This document shows, piece after piece, positions 55,153 through 63,518 of a DNA stretch of 64,000 nucleotides. Source of the DNA: a virus; IMG/VR virus record IMGVR_UViG_3300031525_000001, positions 96,001 to 160,000 of that record. One strand, given 5' to 3'. The first letter of the stretch is position 1, and every line of letters begins with the position of its first letter. The position numbers were made by a program, and so were the translations under genes. The notes under the pieces are model-generated. The model had not been told where the DNA came from. It did no database searches and worked only from the letters and a program-made list of their open reading frames with translations.

Positions 55153-55526
55153 TGAGCGTATATCCTCCATACGGTAGCGGCTTTGGCAAAACGGGCACTA
55201 CGCTTCCAAGTGGGGAGGTTGTGGTCACGTCTGAAGGTCTTTACGCCAGCACGTGGCTCTCAGTCAGTCGGCATTCATCGTATTGCACCTGTTCATTCTG
55301 TGAGCCGTGGTCGATGAAGACGTACAAGAAACTTCCCAAACCCGGGAGGTTCGGAATCGACGTTCCCGCATCGCACAATCCGTACCGCTGGACGCACATT
55401 CATCTGCGGTGTGGCAAGTGGATTTACTTCGTAACGTCGCAAATTCAGTTTTTCCCCAGCGTTTGGCCGTTCTTTCACGCCGAACAATGGGAAGAGAAGA
55501 CCTGTGAAGTTCAAAGGAGCAACTAA
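55152..55526 (+). CDS. Hypothetical protein
   Basis: TAATG-coupled start MSVYPPYG. Confidence 0.55.
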   Translation: MSVYPPYGSGFGKTGTTLPSGEVVVTSEGLYASTWLSVSRHSSYCTCSFCEPWSMKTYKKLPKPGRFGIDVPASHNPYRWTHIHLRCGKWIYFVTSQIQFFPSVWPFFHAEQWEEKTCEVQRSN

Positions 55527-56227
55527 TGGGACGCAACAGCAAACGAAACAAAGCCATCACGAAGATGTACCTCCCCCGCCTCAAGAAATATTGCGAGGAG
55601 CTTGAAGCTCAACTCGAAGCTCTGAAGACAGACCCCAACACAACGCTGGGACAGGTCATCAATCAGGCTCGCGAACTTTACACCCAGAACAGCCGTTTGT
55701 CGGTGCTCACCGCCGCGTTGCTCGAAGCGCAGGGCAACAAGGTCACGGTCAGCAAAGCTGCGATGGACAAGTTCGAGAATCACCGCGTCCTCATCAAGTG
55801 GGAACTCCCCGAAGGCGTGGAGAAGGCCGAAGACGCCAAGGAATTCGTGTTCATGTACGAGGCAGTCCCGAACCAGCCTCAGGGTCAACCGATTCAGGTT
55901 GGGCCGATGACTCACGCTTCCGTGCCGATCACCCAAGCAGGCATCGAAGGAACCGCTCCCCTCACGGTTGAAGCCGAGTGCACGTGTCCTGATTACCCCA
56001 ACACGATGAGTAAAACCTGCCCCGACCACGGCTTGGATGGTGACCCATCGGTAGCTGATCCCGAGTCTGACGGAAGCAACGAGAACGAGGCCGTTTCGAC
56101 CGCAGCGGACGCTGGTTGCCCGTATTGCGACGATCCGACCGAGCACAAACACAGCATCGAGGATATCGAAGAGTTGCAAGCCGATCCACTTCCTGAGTGC
56201 GATGTGCATACTCGGACCAAAGCATAA
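55526..56227 (+). CDS. Hypothetical protein (coiled coil plus acidic Cys/His tail)
   Basis: AAGGAG RBS; 233 aa. Confidence 0.75.
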   Translation: MGRNSKRNKAITKMYLPRLKKYCEELEAQLEALKTDPNTTLGQVINQARELYTQNSRLSVLTAALLEAQGNKVTVSKAAMDKFENHRVLIKWELPEGVEKAEDAKEFVFMYEAVPNQPQGQPIQVGPMTHASVPITQAGIEGTAPLTVEAECTCPDYPNTMSKTCPDHGLDGDPSVADPESDGSNENEAVSTAADAGCPYCDDPTEHKHSIEDIEELQADPLPECDVHTRTKA

Positions 56228-56251
56228 GTAAAGAAGTGAAAATGTCTAAGG

Positions 56252-56276
56252 TGGGGCTCTGCGGAGCCCCATTTTT
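56252..56276 (+). terminator. Rho-independent terminator
   Basis: TGGGGCTC-TGCG-GAGCCCCA followed by TTTTT. Confidence 0.85.
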
Positions 56277-56347
56277 ATTGGAAAATCCCACACTCCCACC
56301 AGTCGTCAAATCTTTCTCTTCTTCTCATCCCTGAAGTAGGGGGCTCT

Positions 56348-57115
56348 GTGAATCTCAAACAGTTCTTCAAGGCTGAACCAGTTAAAGCCTACTGGTGGAA
56401 GGAAGTACCGAACTTCGGCGATGCGTTAGCGCCATATTTACTTGAGCACTTTGCCGACATCAAGGTGGAATGGGATACGATTTCGCACTCACAGATCGCA
56501 TCCATTGGATCGGTTTTAGAGCACATCCCGCCGCTATGGGATGGCTACATCCTTGGCTCGGGCAAATTGCATGAGGACTCTCGCCTCCAGATCATGCAGA
56601 TGGGGAAAATCTCGTCGAAAATTCTGGCGTTGCGTGGTCCGTTGTCGGCACGGGGCATCGGGGGGAGTTACGCTCTGGGCGACCCCGGGATACTAGCGGA
56701 CGAGTTGGTTGGTGTTCAGCCGAAGCAGTGGGACTTAGGCATCCTTCCGCATTTCATGGATGGGGAGCTTGTAGCTCGGTTTGCAAAATTGATGCCTGCG
56801 GGCACAATTATCAAGGCTATCAACCCCAGCGATGATCCGCTGGAAGTTGTGCGGCAGATCGGCGGATGCCATAGAATCGTAACCTCGTCCTTGCACGGCA
56901 TGATCGTGGCTGACGGCTTTGGGATACCACGTCGCGTGGAGATGTGCTCCGCTTTGAAAAAAGACGGTGGAGACTTCAAGTTCCGCGATTACAGCGCATC
57001 TATCCAGATGAAATGGGAAGCGGGCAAGATGACGGAAGTTTCGCGGTTCCGCGTGGAGGATGTAAAGTTTGCAGTATACGACGCCTATCGTGCACTGGGA
57101 AAGGCACTAAAATGA
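56348..57115 (+). CDS. Polysaccharide pyruvyltransferase family protein (ExoV-like)
   Basis: NFGDAL, SIGSVL, GSG, LRGPLS, LGDPGIL, ILPHF, IVTSSLHGMIVADGFGIP. Confidence 0.85.
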   Translation: MNLKQFFKAEPVKAYWWKEVPNFGDALAPYLLEHFADIKVEWDTISHSQIASIGSVLEHIPPLWDGYILGSGKLHEDSRLQIMQMGKISSKILALRGPLSARGIGGSYALGDPGILADELVGVQPKQWDLGILPHFMDGELVARFAKLMPAGTIIKAINPSDDPLEVVRQIGGCHRIVTSSLHGMIVADGFGIPRRVEMCSALKKDGGDFKFRDYSASIQMKWEAGKMTEVSRFRVEDVKFAVYDAYRALGKALK

Positions 57116-58020
57116 CTGGGGTAGTGGGTTTGGTAAAGAGGATTGTTATGACTATCGTGAGTTGGGTCGTTTCTCGGCTGTCCCGTAAGGGGCGGGGGAT
57201 CAGCATCCTAATTCCGTTCCGTTGCACCGATCCAACGCATCCACGGGTAAAGAACGCGGAATGGCTCAAGCGGTATTGGAAGGTCCAGTTGCCCGGGGCA
57301 CAGATTGTCATGGGCGACGATCCGACCGATCAACTGTTCTCGAAGGCCGTTGCCGTCAACAATGCGGCAGCCAAAGCTACGGGTGATGTGTTTGTCATTA
57401 TCGACGCTGACGGCTACATGTCGGCGGACTCGGTTCTTTACTGTGCGGAAGAGATTCGTACTGCTCGCAAGAAAAACAAAAAGCTCTGGTTTGTTCCCTA
57501 CCGTCAATTCTACCGTTTAACCGAGGAAGCCTCTCGCAACCTCCTGCAATCCAATCCTGCGAGCCCATTTCCGTTCTCCGAACCATTGGCGTCATCCTCC
57601 ATTCTCGCCTGCGACACCGACCCGAAGGTGGGACATTGGTACGGAGCCATGGTTCAGATCATGCCCCGCGAAGCGTTTGAGGCTGTGGGTGGCTGGGACG
57701 GGCGGTTCCGTGGCTGGGGCGGGGAAGATCATGCCGCGATGCGGGCTATGGACACACTGTACGGGCTGCACAAGACGCTGCCGGGTCAAGTCCTGCACAT
57801 TTGGCATCCGCAGATTGGACCGCAGGGCACCGCCGTATCCGTCCCTTGGAATGAACGTATGTGGGAAGGTCAAGACCATCCGGGGATAAACGACCGCCTG
57901 TCGTACCTGTACTATGGGGCTTATGGTAGGTTCGATAGGATGCGAAAGCTGGTGGACGGTGGTCATGATGCGCCTGACGATAAATTGACCCCGATCACTC
58001 ACCGATCTCAATCGACGTAA
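57112..58020 (+). CDS. Glycosyltransferase (GT2/GT7-like)
   Basis: ISILIPFR, FSKAVAVN, IIDAD, AFEAVGGWDGRFRGWGGED, LHIWHP. Confidence 0.8.
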   Translation: MTGVVGLVKRIVMTIVSWVVSRLSRKGRGISILIPFRCTDPTHPRVKNAEWLKRYWKVQLPGAQIVMGDDPTDQLFSKAVAVNNAAAKATGDVFVIIDADGYMSADSVLYCAEEIRTARKKNKKLWFVPYRQFYRLTEEASRNLLQSNPASPFPFSEPLASSSILACDTDPKVGHWYGAMVQIMPREAFEAVGGWDGRFRGWGGEDHAAMRAMDTLYGLHKTLPGQVLHIWHPQIGPQGTAVSVPWNERMWEGQDHPGINDRLSYLYYGAYGRFDRMRKLVDGGHDAPDDKLTPITHRSQST

Positions 58021-58132
58021 TTTCAAACTCTTTAGCATACCTTGCTGCCGTAGCTTCTAATGGGCTGCCCCTTCAGGGTAGAACCGACTGGCACGGTAAG
58101 CCATCAAGCGAGATGCTGATTACCTCTCTTAG

Positions 58133-58169
58133 GCGGAAGTGGCCCTCGCTCCACTTCCGCTATTTTCTT
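58133..58169 (+). terminator. Rho-independent terminator
   Basis: GCGGAAGTGG/CCACTTCCGC 10-bp stem followed by TATTTTCTT. Confidence 0.8.
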
Positions 58170-58217
58170 GTTAAAATAGTTGTTGCGAATTTCCCCGACT
58201 TCAAGTATCTACTTTGT

Positions 58218-58448
58218 GAGCAGGGAAATCCGCTCCTGTTCGTGGTGTAGCCTTGATGGTGTGGGCGGACAGACGGAACAAAAGACCCAGTGATTCTCCA
58301 GTCACAGGTCAGCAATTGTGAGCAAAAGAAGCAGTTTTGTTCTTTAACCTCAGTACGTTAGCTGAATATGGGAAACTAGGTTCTCGAACGGACAGCACGC
58401 GGTGAACTTACGCCGAGGTCGAGGGTTCGAATCCCTCCGAGGCTCCCA
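58218..58448 (+). ncRNA. Candidate structured RNA with tRNA-like T-arm/acceptor and CCA 3' end
   Basis: AGGTC-GAGGG-TTCGAAT-CCCTC-CGAGGCT-C-CCA. AGCCTTG at 58249 can pair with CGAGGCT. There are internal stems but no canonical anticodon arm. Confidence 0.5.
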
Positions 58449-58491
58449 AAATTCTCCTCTCTTTATTCCACGACTTTCAGTATTATTATGT

Positions 58492-59058
58492 ATGATTTAC
58501 GTAGCTTCTCACGCTGTCGATGGAAAAATTAAGCGATACATCGGACAGACAACTTGGCCTTTGGAAAGGCGACGTAACCGACATGAGTGTCTTGCCCTTC
58601 GCTGCGGTAGTAAGACGTATTTCCACAATGCCCTCAGGAAATATGGTCTAAATTCATTTGAATGGGACGCTCTAACTCTCCCCATACAGGACAAGGAAGA
58701 ACGAAACGCTCAGGAGAAGCTGTTTATCCAATTGTTTCGTTCTCATGATCCCGAATGCGGCTACAACCTCACCCTCGGAGGCGAGGGCGGAATTCCTACG
58801 ACGATAACACGTAGAAAATTGAGTGAAGCTAGAAACCGCAGGGTTATAAGTGAGGCAACTCGTCAAAGAACGAGGCAGTCCATGATGGGTAAGAAGAATG
58901 CCCTCGGCGTCGTACAGTCGGAGGAAGCCCGTAGAAATACAAGCTTAGCCCTCAAGGGCAAGCCCAAATCGGAATCGCATCGTCGCAACATTGGCATCGC
59001 TCGAAAGAAAAAGTTTGACATTTTCCCAACTTCCAGTATCATAAATATTGGCGATTAA
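58492..59058 (+). CDS. GIY-YIG homing endonuclease
   Basis: MIYVAS...RYIGQT...YFHNALRKYG..SFEW...GYNLTLGGEG; AGTATTA box 6 nt before the ATG. Confidence 0.88.
   Translation: MIYVASHAVDGKIKRYIGQTTWPLERRRNRHECLALRCGSKTYFHNALRKYGLNSFEWDALTLPIQDKEERNAQEKLFIQLFRSHDPECGYNLTLGGEGGIPTTITRRKLSEARNRRVISEATRQRTRQSMMGKKNALGVVQSEEARRNTSLALKGKPKSESHRRNIGIARKKKFDIFPTSSIINIGD
59015..59042 (+). promoter_or_regulatory. Sigma70-type promoter TTGACA-N16-TATCAT
   Basis: Consensus -35 and near-consensus -10, upstream of a small-gene operon. Confidence 0.65.
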
Positions 59059-59123
59059 ATTTAACCACCCCGAGGAGAACATCATGTCAAGGACGCTTTA
59101 GGAGACCAAAGGAACTCCTCGAC

Positions 59124-59783
59124 ATGACCGTATCTATCTGGCGGAAGCTTGATTGCTTCCTCCGCAATCGCCCTATCCCCACCCCCAAGACCTACGCTCG
59201 TACTGTGCCTTGGGACCCCGATTTTCTCTACGACAACCCCGACCCGTGGTACACAACGGCGTACCGGACTATTCGCCGTGGAATCAAGCACATCCGTGAG
59301 TTTCCCGAGAACACTTACTACGCCATCAAGTGGTTCATTCAGCGCGGAGCCCGAGGCTGGGCACCACGCGACACTTGGGGCCTAGACTCCTACCTCGCTG
59401 GCTGGCTGCCACAGGCTCTCCGCTACCTCAAGGAGCACAAGCACGGCGTGCCCATGGCTGCGTTCCCGGAAGGTCCCGAGTACATCGACGAGACTGGCAA
59501 CTACACCGATGAGGCGTTCGCAATCGCGACTGCCCGTTGGGATGTCATCATGGAGAAGATGATCGCCGGGTTCGAGGCAAGCAACCGCCTCGACGACTGC
59601 ATCTACGAGAAGGAACTCGGTCCCTACCCTAGCCGCCGTCCTGTGGGCGTAAGTCCCGAGGCATGGGCTAAGGTCAAGGACGATCACTTCGTCGCTCTGC
59701 GGGCTCTGGAAGCGCGGGATCAGGCTATTCTTGAGGAGGGGCTGGCTTTGTTCGCAAAGCATTTCCAGTCCCTCTGGGACTAA
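59124..59783 (+). CDS. Phage hypothetical protein
   Basis: 219 aa with strong coding bias; ends GLALFAKHFQSLWD. Confidence 0.8.
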   Translation: MTVSIWRKLDCFLRNRPIPTPKTYARTVPWDPDFLYDNPDPWYTTAYRTIRRGIKHIREFPENTYYAIKWFIQRGARGWAPRDTWGLDSYLAGWLPQALRYLKEHKHGVPMAAFPEGPEYIDETGNYTDEAFAIATARWDVIMEKMIAGFEASNRLDDCIYEKELGPYPSRRPVGVSPEAWAKVKDDHFVALRALEARDQAILEEGLALFAKHFQSLWD

Positions 59784-59792
59784 GGGGGAGCC

Positions 59793-59993
59793 ATGGGATC
59801 AGGCAATGCACACGCTAATCGCCACGGGCATCGTCCCGACTGTATCTTCTGCTCCATGCGTCCTAAGGAAGCACGCCGCAAGAAGGTTTATCGCAACTCA
59901 TGCCACGGCTCCCGTGCCTCCAAGGGCAACGCGAGCGGTATTAAAAAGAAGAACAAGAAGGGCACGGAGGTAAAGAAGAATGCTCGGGTATAG
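59793..59993 (+). CDS. Small basic hypothetical protein
   Basis: GGGGAG RBS; CIFC motif. Confidence 0.55.
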   Translation: MGSGNAHANRHGHRPDCIFCSMRPKEARRKKVYRNSCHGSRASKGNASGIKKKNKKGTEVKKNARV

Positions 59994-60264
59994 CAAATAC
60001 TGGACAGCGGGGTTCTCGGCAGGTCAATGGCACGAGATCACCCATCGCAAACAATACGGCTGGGTGGACTTCAACCTCATCAACATCAGGCTGGGGTACG
60101 ACAACCATAGCCAAGACTGGGAGTTTGAATTCTACTTGCTGGGCCTGCGGTTCTGGCTCATGATCGCCGATCCGTGGGGCACGCACCCTACGGATGTCGA
60201 AGTGGCGTTGGAGGAATTCCTCAAGGACGAACCATGCAATCAAATCCCAAGCGACCAAAAGTGA
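59980..60264 (+). CDS. Small hypothetical protein
   Basis: GGAGG upstream; aromatic-rich. Confidence 0.6.
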   Translation: MLGYSKYWTAGFSAGQWHEITHRKQYGWVDFNLINIRLGYDNHSQDWEFEFYLLGLRFWLMIADPWGTHPTDVEVALEEFLKDEPCNQIPSDQK

Positions 60265-60346
60265 TTCGGCGGGGGTGTCCATGTTGCGGCACCTACCACC
60301 GCGTCATCATCAACCCACAGGGAAAGAAGATGAAAGGGAAGCACTG

Positions 60347-60499
60347 ATGGTAATATTGACTGAGGAAGAAAACGAAGCCGCTATCGAGAGGCTGTTTACC
60401 CTGACTGGCAAGGCAGAGGTCACGGACGAAGAGCATGACCTCATCGAGCGCCTGACGGCGGCTATCGAGCAATTCGAAGAGAGATGGTATCCATTATGA
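60347..60499 (+). CDS. 50-aa protein resembling the N-terminal domain of HigA-type antitoxins
   Basis: ILTEEENEAAIERL...TDEEHDLIERLTAAIEQFEERWYP; no HTH follows. Confidence 0.55.
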   Translation: MVILTEEENEAAIERLFTLTGKAEVTDEEHDLIERLTAAIEQFEERWYPL

Positions 60500-61059
60500 A
60501 GAAACGCTATCACACAATCAGCAACGCCTATGACGCTTGGTGGTTTCTCTACTACCACCCCAAGTTCCAACGGATGATCCGTAATCCAATTACGCCAAAA
60601 CGGGCGGACAAGATGGAAGCGGCGGGCTTCCTCGTCTCCCGAGATCGCAGCGGCAAATGTTATTGGTACATGCGGCACATGCCCGTACCCGCCATCACCG
60701 AGAATCTCAGCGTCCACTACGCCAAGACCGATGGTAAGCGAGTCACCAACGACCCCAAAAAGAACGTGAACGTTGAGTGCTGGCTGGAGTTTGGTTCCGT
60801 GGAGTACGGCTACATGGCGGGAGAGATCAATGCTGATTGGGACGTGAATACAGGCGAACTCAACTACCACGACTGGAAGCTGGATTGCGGCGGTAAAACC
60901 TTCGACGAAGCTCTCGTCAAGTTGGCTCGGCTCGTCCGCCATAATTACGGGGACTATAAGCCACAGGAAGGTCGCAGCGGTAAATGTGGACCGTCGCCAT
61001 GCGCCGACTGCGGTAGGACCAAGGAAACTATGAAGCGACTGGGACTGGAGAAGAAATGA
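60496..61059 (+). CDS. Hypothetical protein
   Basis: ATGA-coupled; 187 aa. Confidence 0.75.
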   Translation: MKKRYHTISNAYDAWWFLYYHPKFQRMIRNPITPKRADKMEAAGFLVSRDRSGKCYWYMRHMPVPAITENLSVHYAKTDGKRVTNDPKKNVNVECWLEFGSVEYGYMAGEINADWDVNTGELNYHDWKLDCGGKTFDEALVKLARLVRHNYGDYKPQEGRSGKCGPSPCADCGRTKETMKRLGLEKK

Positions 61060-61295
61060 GCACATTGACTGAACTTTTCATCTGGGAATGCCCCGGCTGC
61101 GGTATTCGCGTACAGACGCTTTTCGACCTGCACGTAAACCAACGTCCCATCTGCGTTGAGTGCAACATCGAAATGGCACGTAACGACTGTTCGCATACGT
61201 TCGTCCAATTGTCGGGAGAACCCGACATCTACTGCTCCAAGTGTGGCAGCCGTCGCCCCGCTCCGGGCTCCAACGTTCAATGGTCTGTGTTGTAA
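61056..61295 (+). CDS. Small Zn-ribbon protein
   Basis: CPGC, CVEC, CSH..CSKC. Confidence 0.7.
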   Translation: MSTLTELFIWECPGCGIRVQTLFDLHVNQRPICVECNIEMARNDCSHTFVQLSGEPDIYCSKCGSRRPAPGSNVQWSVL

Positions 61296-61319
61296 CCTAA
61301 CGTCGTGGTACAATAAAGC

Positions 61320-61469
61320 ATGAAACGACCCGCAGCCTTCATTGGTTATGCCCTTTCCGCTGTGCTGGTCTGGTGTGTGCTCTGGATGGTAGCTGTGCTG
61401 GTGCGAGCAATCTTCGCCCCGCCTCATCCTCCGAAGCACCGCGTCACGTGGTTGGTGTGGAAGAAATGA
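61320..61469 (+). CDS. Small membrane protein (49 aa), leaderless
   Basis: TGGTACAAT 6 nt upstream; long hydrophobic helix. Confidence 0.6.
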   Translation: MKRPAAFIGYALSAVLVWCVLWMVAVLVRAIFAPPHPPKHRVTWLVWKK

Positions 61470-61627
61470 GTTGCTCTCGCACACATTGCGAAGTCTGGGA
61501 AGACCTGCCCGCTGGATATCCGCACTGCCTTGCGATTTAGGCCAAGAACCCCGCTCCTTGTCCTCAATGCGGGCGACCCCTGCGGCAGTTTGTTCGAGTG
61601 GACGGAAAGCGAATCCGAAATTTATGA
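61466..61627 (+). pseudogene. 53-codon Cys-rich gene interrupted by an in-frame TAG (61538-61540): read-through target or nonsense mutant
   Basis: MSCSRTHCEVWEDLPAGYPHCLAI*AKNPAPCPQCGRPLRQFVRVDGKRIRNL; ATGA overlaps at both ends. Confidence 0.6.
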
Positions 61628-61791
61628 TCGGCTACCACTACACGTCTGCCGAAAACTACGAGAAGATCAGAACCGAAGGTTTGGCCCCGTACTGGATCAA
61701 GAAGAAAGACCTTGAGAGGAGTGGGAGAAGGAGTGCGGGCCGTTACCTAAGCCGCCCGCTGGAATGTTCAAGCGGGACTTCGAGCCCGTGA
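61624..61791 (+). pseudogene. Truncated ADP-ribosyltransferase-like N-terminus (YHYTS..NY.KI..EGL.P)
   Basis: The motif is recognisable only over the first ~25 aa; there is an apparent out-of-frame junction near 61712. Confidence 0.35.
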
Positions 61792-61932
61792 TCGTCGAGA
61801 CCCCTAAGCGGTCTGGCGTTGAGATTGATGAGCGAGGATTCTTTACCATCGACGGCAATCTGGTGCCCGACACAGAAGCGGGTCGCATGAGGCTCCAGTA
61901 CGCGCTGATGAACCAGAACGAAGAGAGGAACC

Positions 61933-62151
61933 ATGAGAACGAAAGTATTCAAGATCGAAGTGCTGATTGTGAACCACGACAACCTGACGATGAACGAGAT
62001 CGCGGAAACTCTTGAGAACGCGAACTACCCCAACGACTGCATCAACCCTCAGGTCATGGAGATCACGTCCCGCGAAGTCGAGTGGACCGACGAACATCCT
62101 CTGAACAAACAGAGCACCCAAAAGGACGCCTACCTCAAGCTTTTCGCATAG
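61933..62151 (+). CDS. Small hypothetical protein
   Basis: GAGAGGA RBS. Confidence 0.65.
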   Translation: MRTKVFKIEVLIVNHDNLTMNEIAETLENANYPNDCINPQVMEITSREVEWTDEHPLNKQSTQKDAYLKLFA

Positions 62152-62198
62152 CACCTTCGTGCATAGCCGCATCCAATAACTGTGGTATAATGGTCCTC

Positions 62199-62402
62199 AT
62201 GAAGCAAATCGTGGTCTTTGCTGTCTTGATTCTCTGCGGGCTGACCGTAGCCTGTAACGACGTTAAACCCAATCCCCGATTTTACAAACGAGCGGACGGG
62301 ACTACCATGCTTCACGGGGAAGATGGCTGCGACTACATCCTGAAAGACAACGGCACCTTCGTCAAAGAAGACCCAAACTGCAAATCAAAGGACGTGCTAT
62401 GA
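62199..62402 (+). CDS. Small lipoprotein, leaderless
   Basis: TGTGGTATAAT upstream; signal peptide ending LTVA-C. Confidence 0.7.
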   Translation: MKQIVVFAVLILCGLTVACNDVKPNPRFYKRADGTTMLHGEDGCDYILKDNGTFVKEDPNCKSKDVL

Positions 62403-62656
62403 ACACATTTCTGTTTCTTCTCGACTGCGTTTGTCTCGTGATGTTAATTCGTTGCATCTACATGAGCCAGACTCGCTGGAAAGCCTTCGGGTACGCCGTT
62501 TTGGGGTTCATAATCCCAATGGTTTTGGGCGTGCTCGCCTCGCTGGTGATCGGTCATGAGTCGGCGGACAACATCGGCATCGCAATCTCCATCGCCAGCC
62601 CCATCGCTGCGGTTATCGGTGCGGGTGGGATGACTGAGACAAGGAAACCAGCATGA
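62399..62656 (+). CDS. Small multi-pass membrane protein
   Basis: Three hydrophobic segments; ATGA overlaps. Confidence 0.7.
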   Translation: MNTFLFLLDCVCLVMLIRCIYMSQTRWKAFGYAVLGFIIPMVLGVLASLVIGHESADNIGIAISIASPIAAVIGAGGMTETRKPA

Positions 62657-63489
62657 GTTTCTGGAGTGTCCTCTCCAATATCCGCGAGAACCTCGAAAAT
62701 AAATTCACGCAGAATGCCAGCAAAGCCGTCACTGATCCTGACGAGGGGCAGCAAGCTGAGCATGACTCTCAAAAGGGAGGCGAGGACACCAGCAGCACCG
62801 CCCGCGACGGGGCTAATGACGAAATAAAGAACCACGATCCCGCGTGGAAAGGCGTGAAAGACCTCAGCGACAAGGCTCTTGAGACCGTCCCGAAAGTGGA
62901 AGCCGCCGCAAAGTACGGTTGGCTAAAGTTCATAGGCGGAATCACCGCGCTGTTCGTGTTCATCACTGCCTACAGTGTCCGCAACGATCTTGGTGGTCCG
63001 ACTCCCGAACAGATCAGGATGTACAACAACGAACGGACCATTGTCATGCAAGGTGAACAGATCAGGCAGATGGAACAGATCATGGTCAGCACCGAGGAGT
63101 TCAACATGGCAACGGCCAATTTGTTCGCGGCACCAGCGCCCGTCATTCCAGACGAGCCTGCTCCTGCCGCAGCCGCGCTTCCTCCCCCGATAGCCGCCGT
63201 TGCAGCGCAGCCCGTGCAGGTGGTGGAAACGGATTCCAACGGAGAAGTAGAGGCGGTAACCACGACCACGGTCGGACATGCGTATCAAAGTATTCCACGG
63301 GAAGCGCAGCGGCAAATGGAGAGCAACCCGCCGCCTAAGATCGAACACGACTACGACAAGCCGAGCACGAAAAGTTGCTACCGTGACGACTGCTTAGGCG
63401 CTATCGACAAACAGTTCGGTCAGAAAAGCGCCAGCTTTACCAGCGGTGACGGCTCGATGACGATCAACGTCAATTCACCGCGTAGGTAG
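62653..63489 (+). CDS. Single-pass membrane hypothetical protein
   Basis: TM GGITALFVFITAYSV; Pro/Ala linker; ends in TAG. Confidence 0.75.
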   Translation: MSFWSVLSNIRENLENKFTQNASKAVTDPDEGQQAEHDSQKGGEDTSSTARDGANDEIKNHDPAWKGVKDLSDKALETVPKVEAAAKYGWLKFIGGITALFVFITAYSVRNDLGGPTPEQIRMYNNERTIVMQGEQIRQMEQIMVSTEEFNMATANLFAAPAPVIPDEPAPAAAALPPPIAAVAAQPVQVVETDSNGEVEAVTTTTVGHAYQSIPREAQRQMESNPPPKIEHDYDKPSTKSCYRDDCLGAIDKQFGQKSASFTSGDGSMTINVNSPRR

Positions 63490-63518
63490 CTGAAAACAGA
63501 GGCAATAAACCTCTAAAA

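Noticed and set aside
58249-58448. Canonical tmRNA or intron-containing tRNA
   Set aside because: There is no G3-U70 pair or GGGG 5' end, no convincing tag ending in A-A-stop, and no group I P7/R/S motifs. It is kept only as an unclassified ncRNA candidate.
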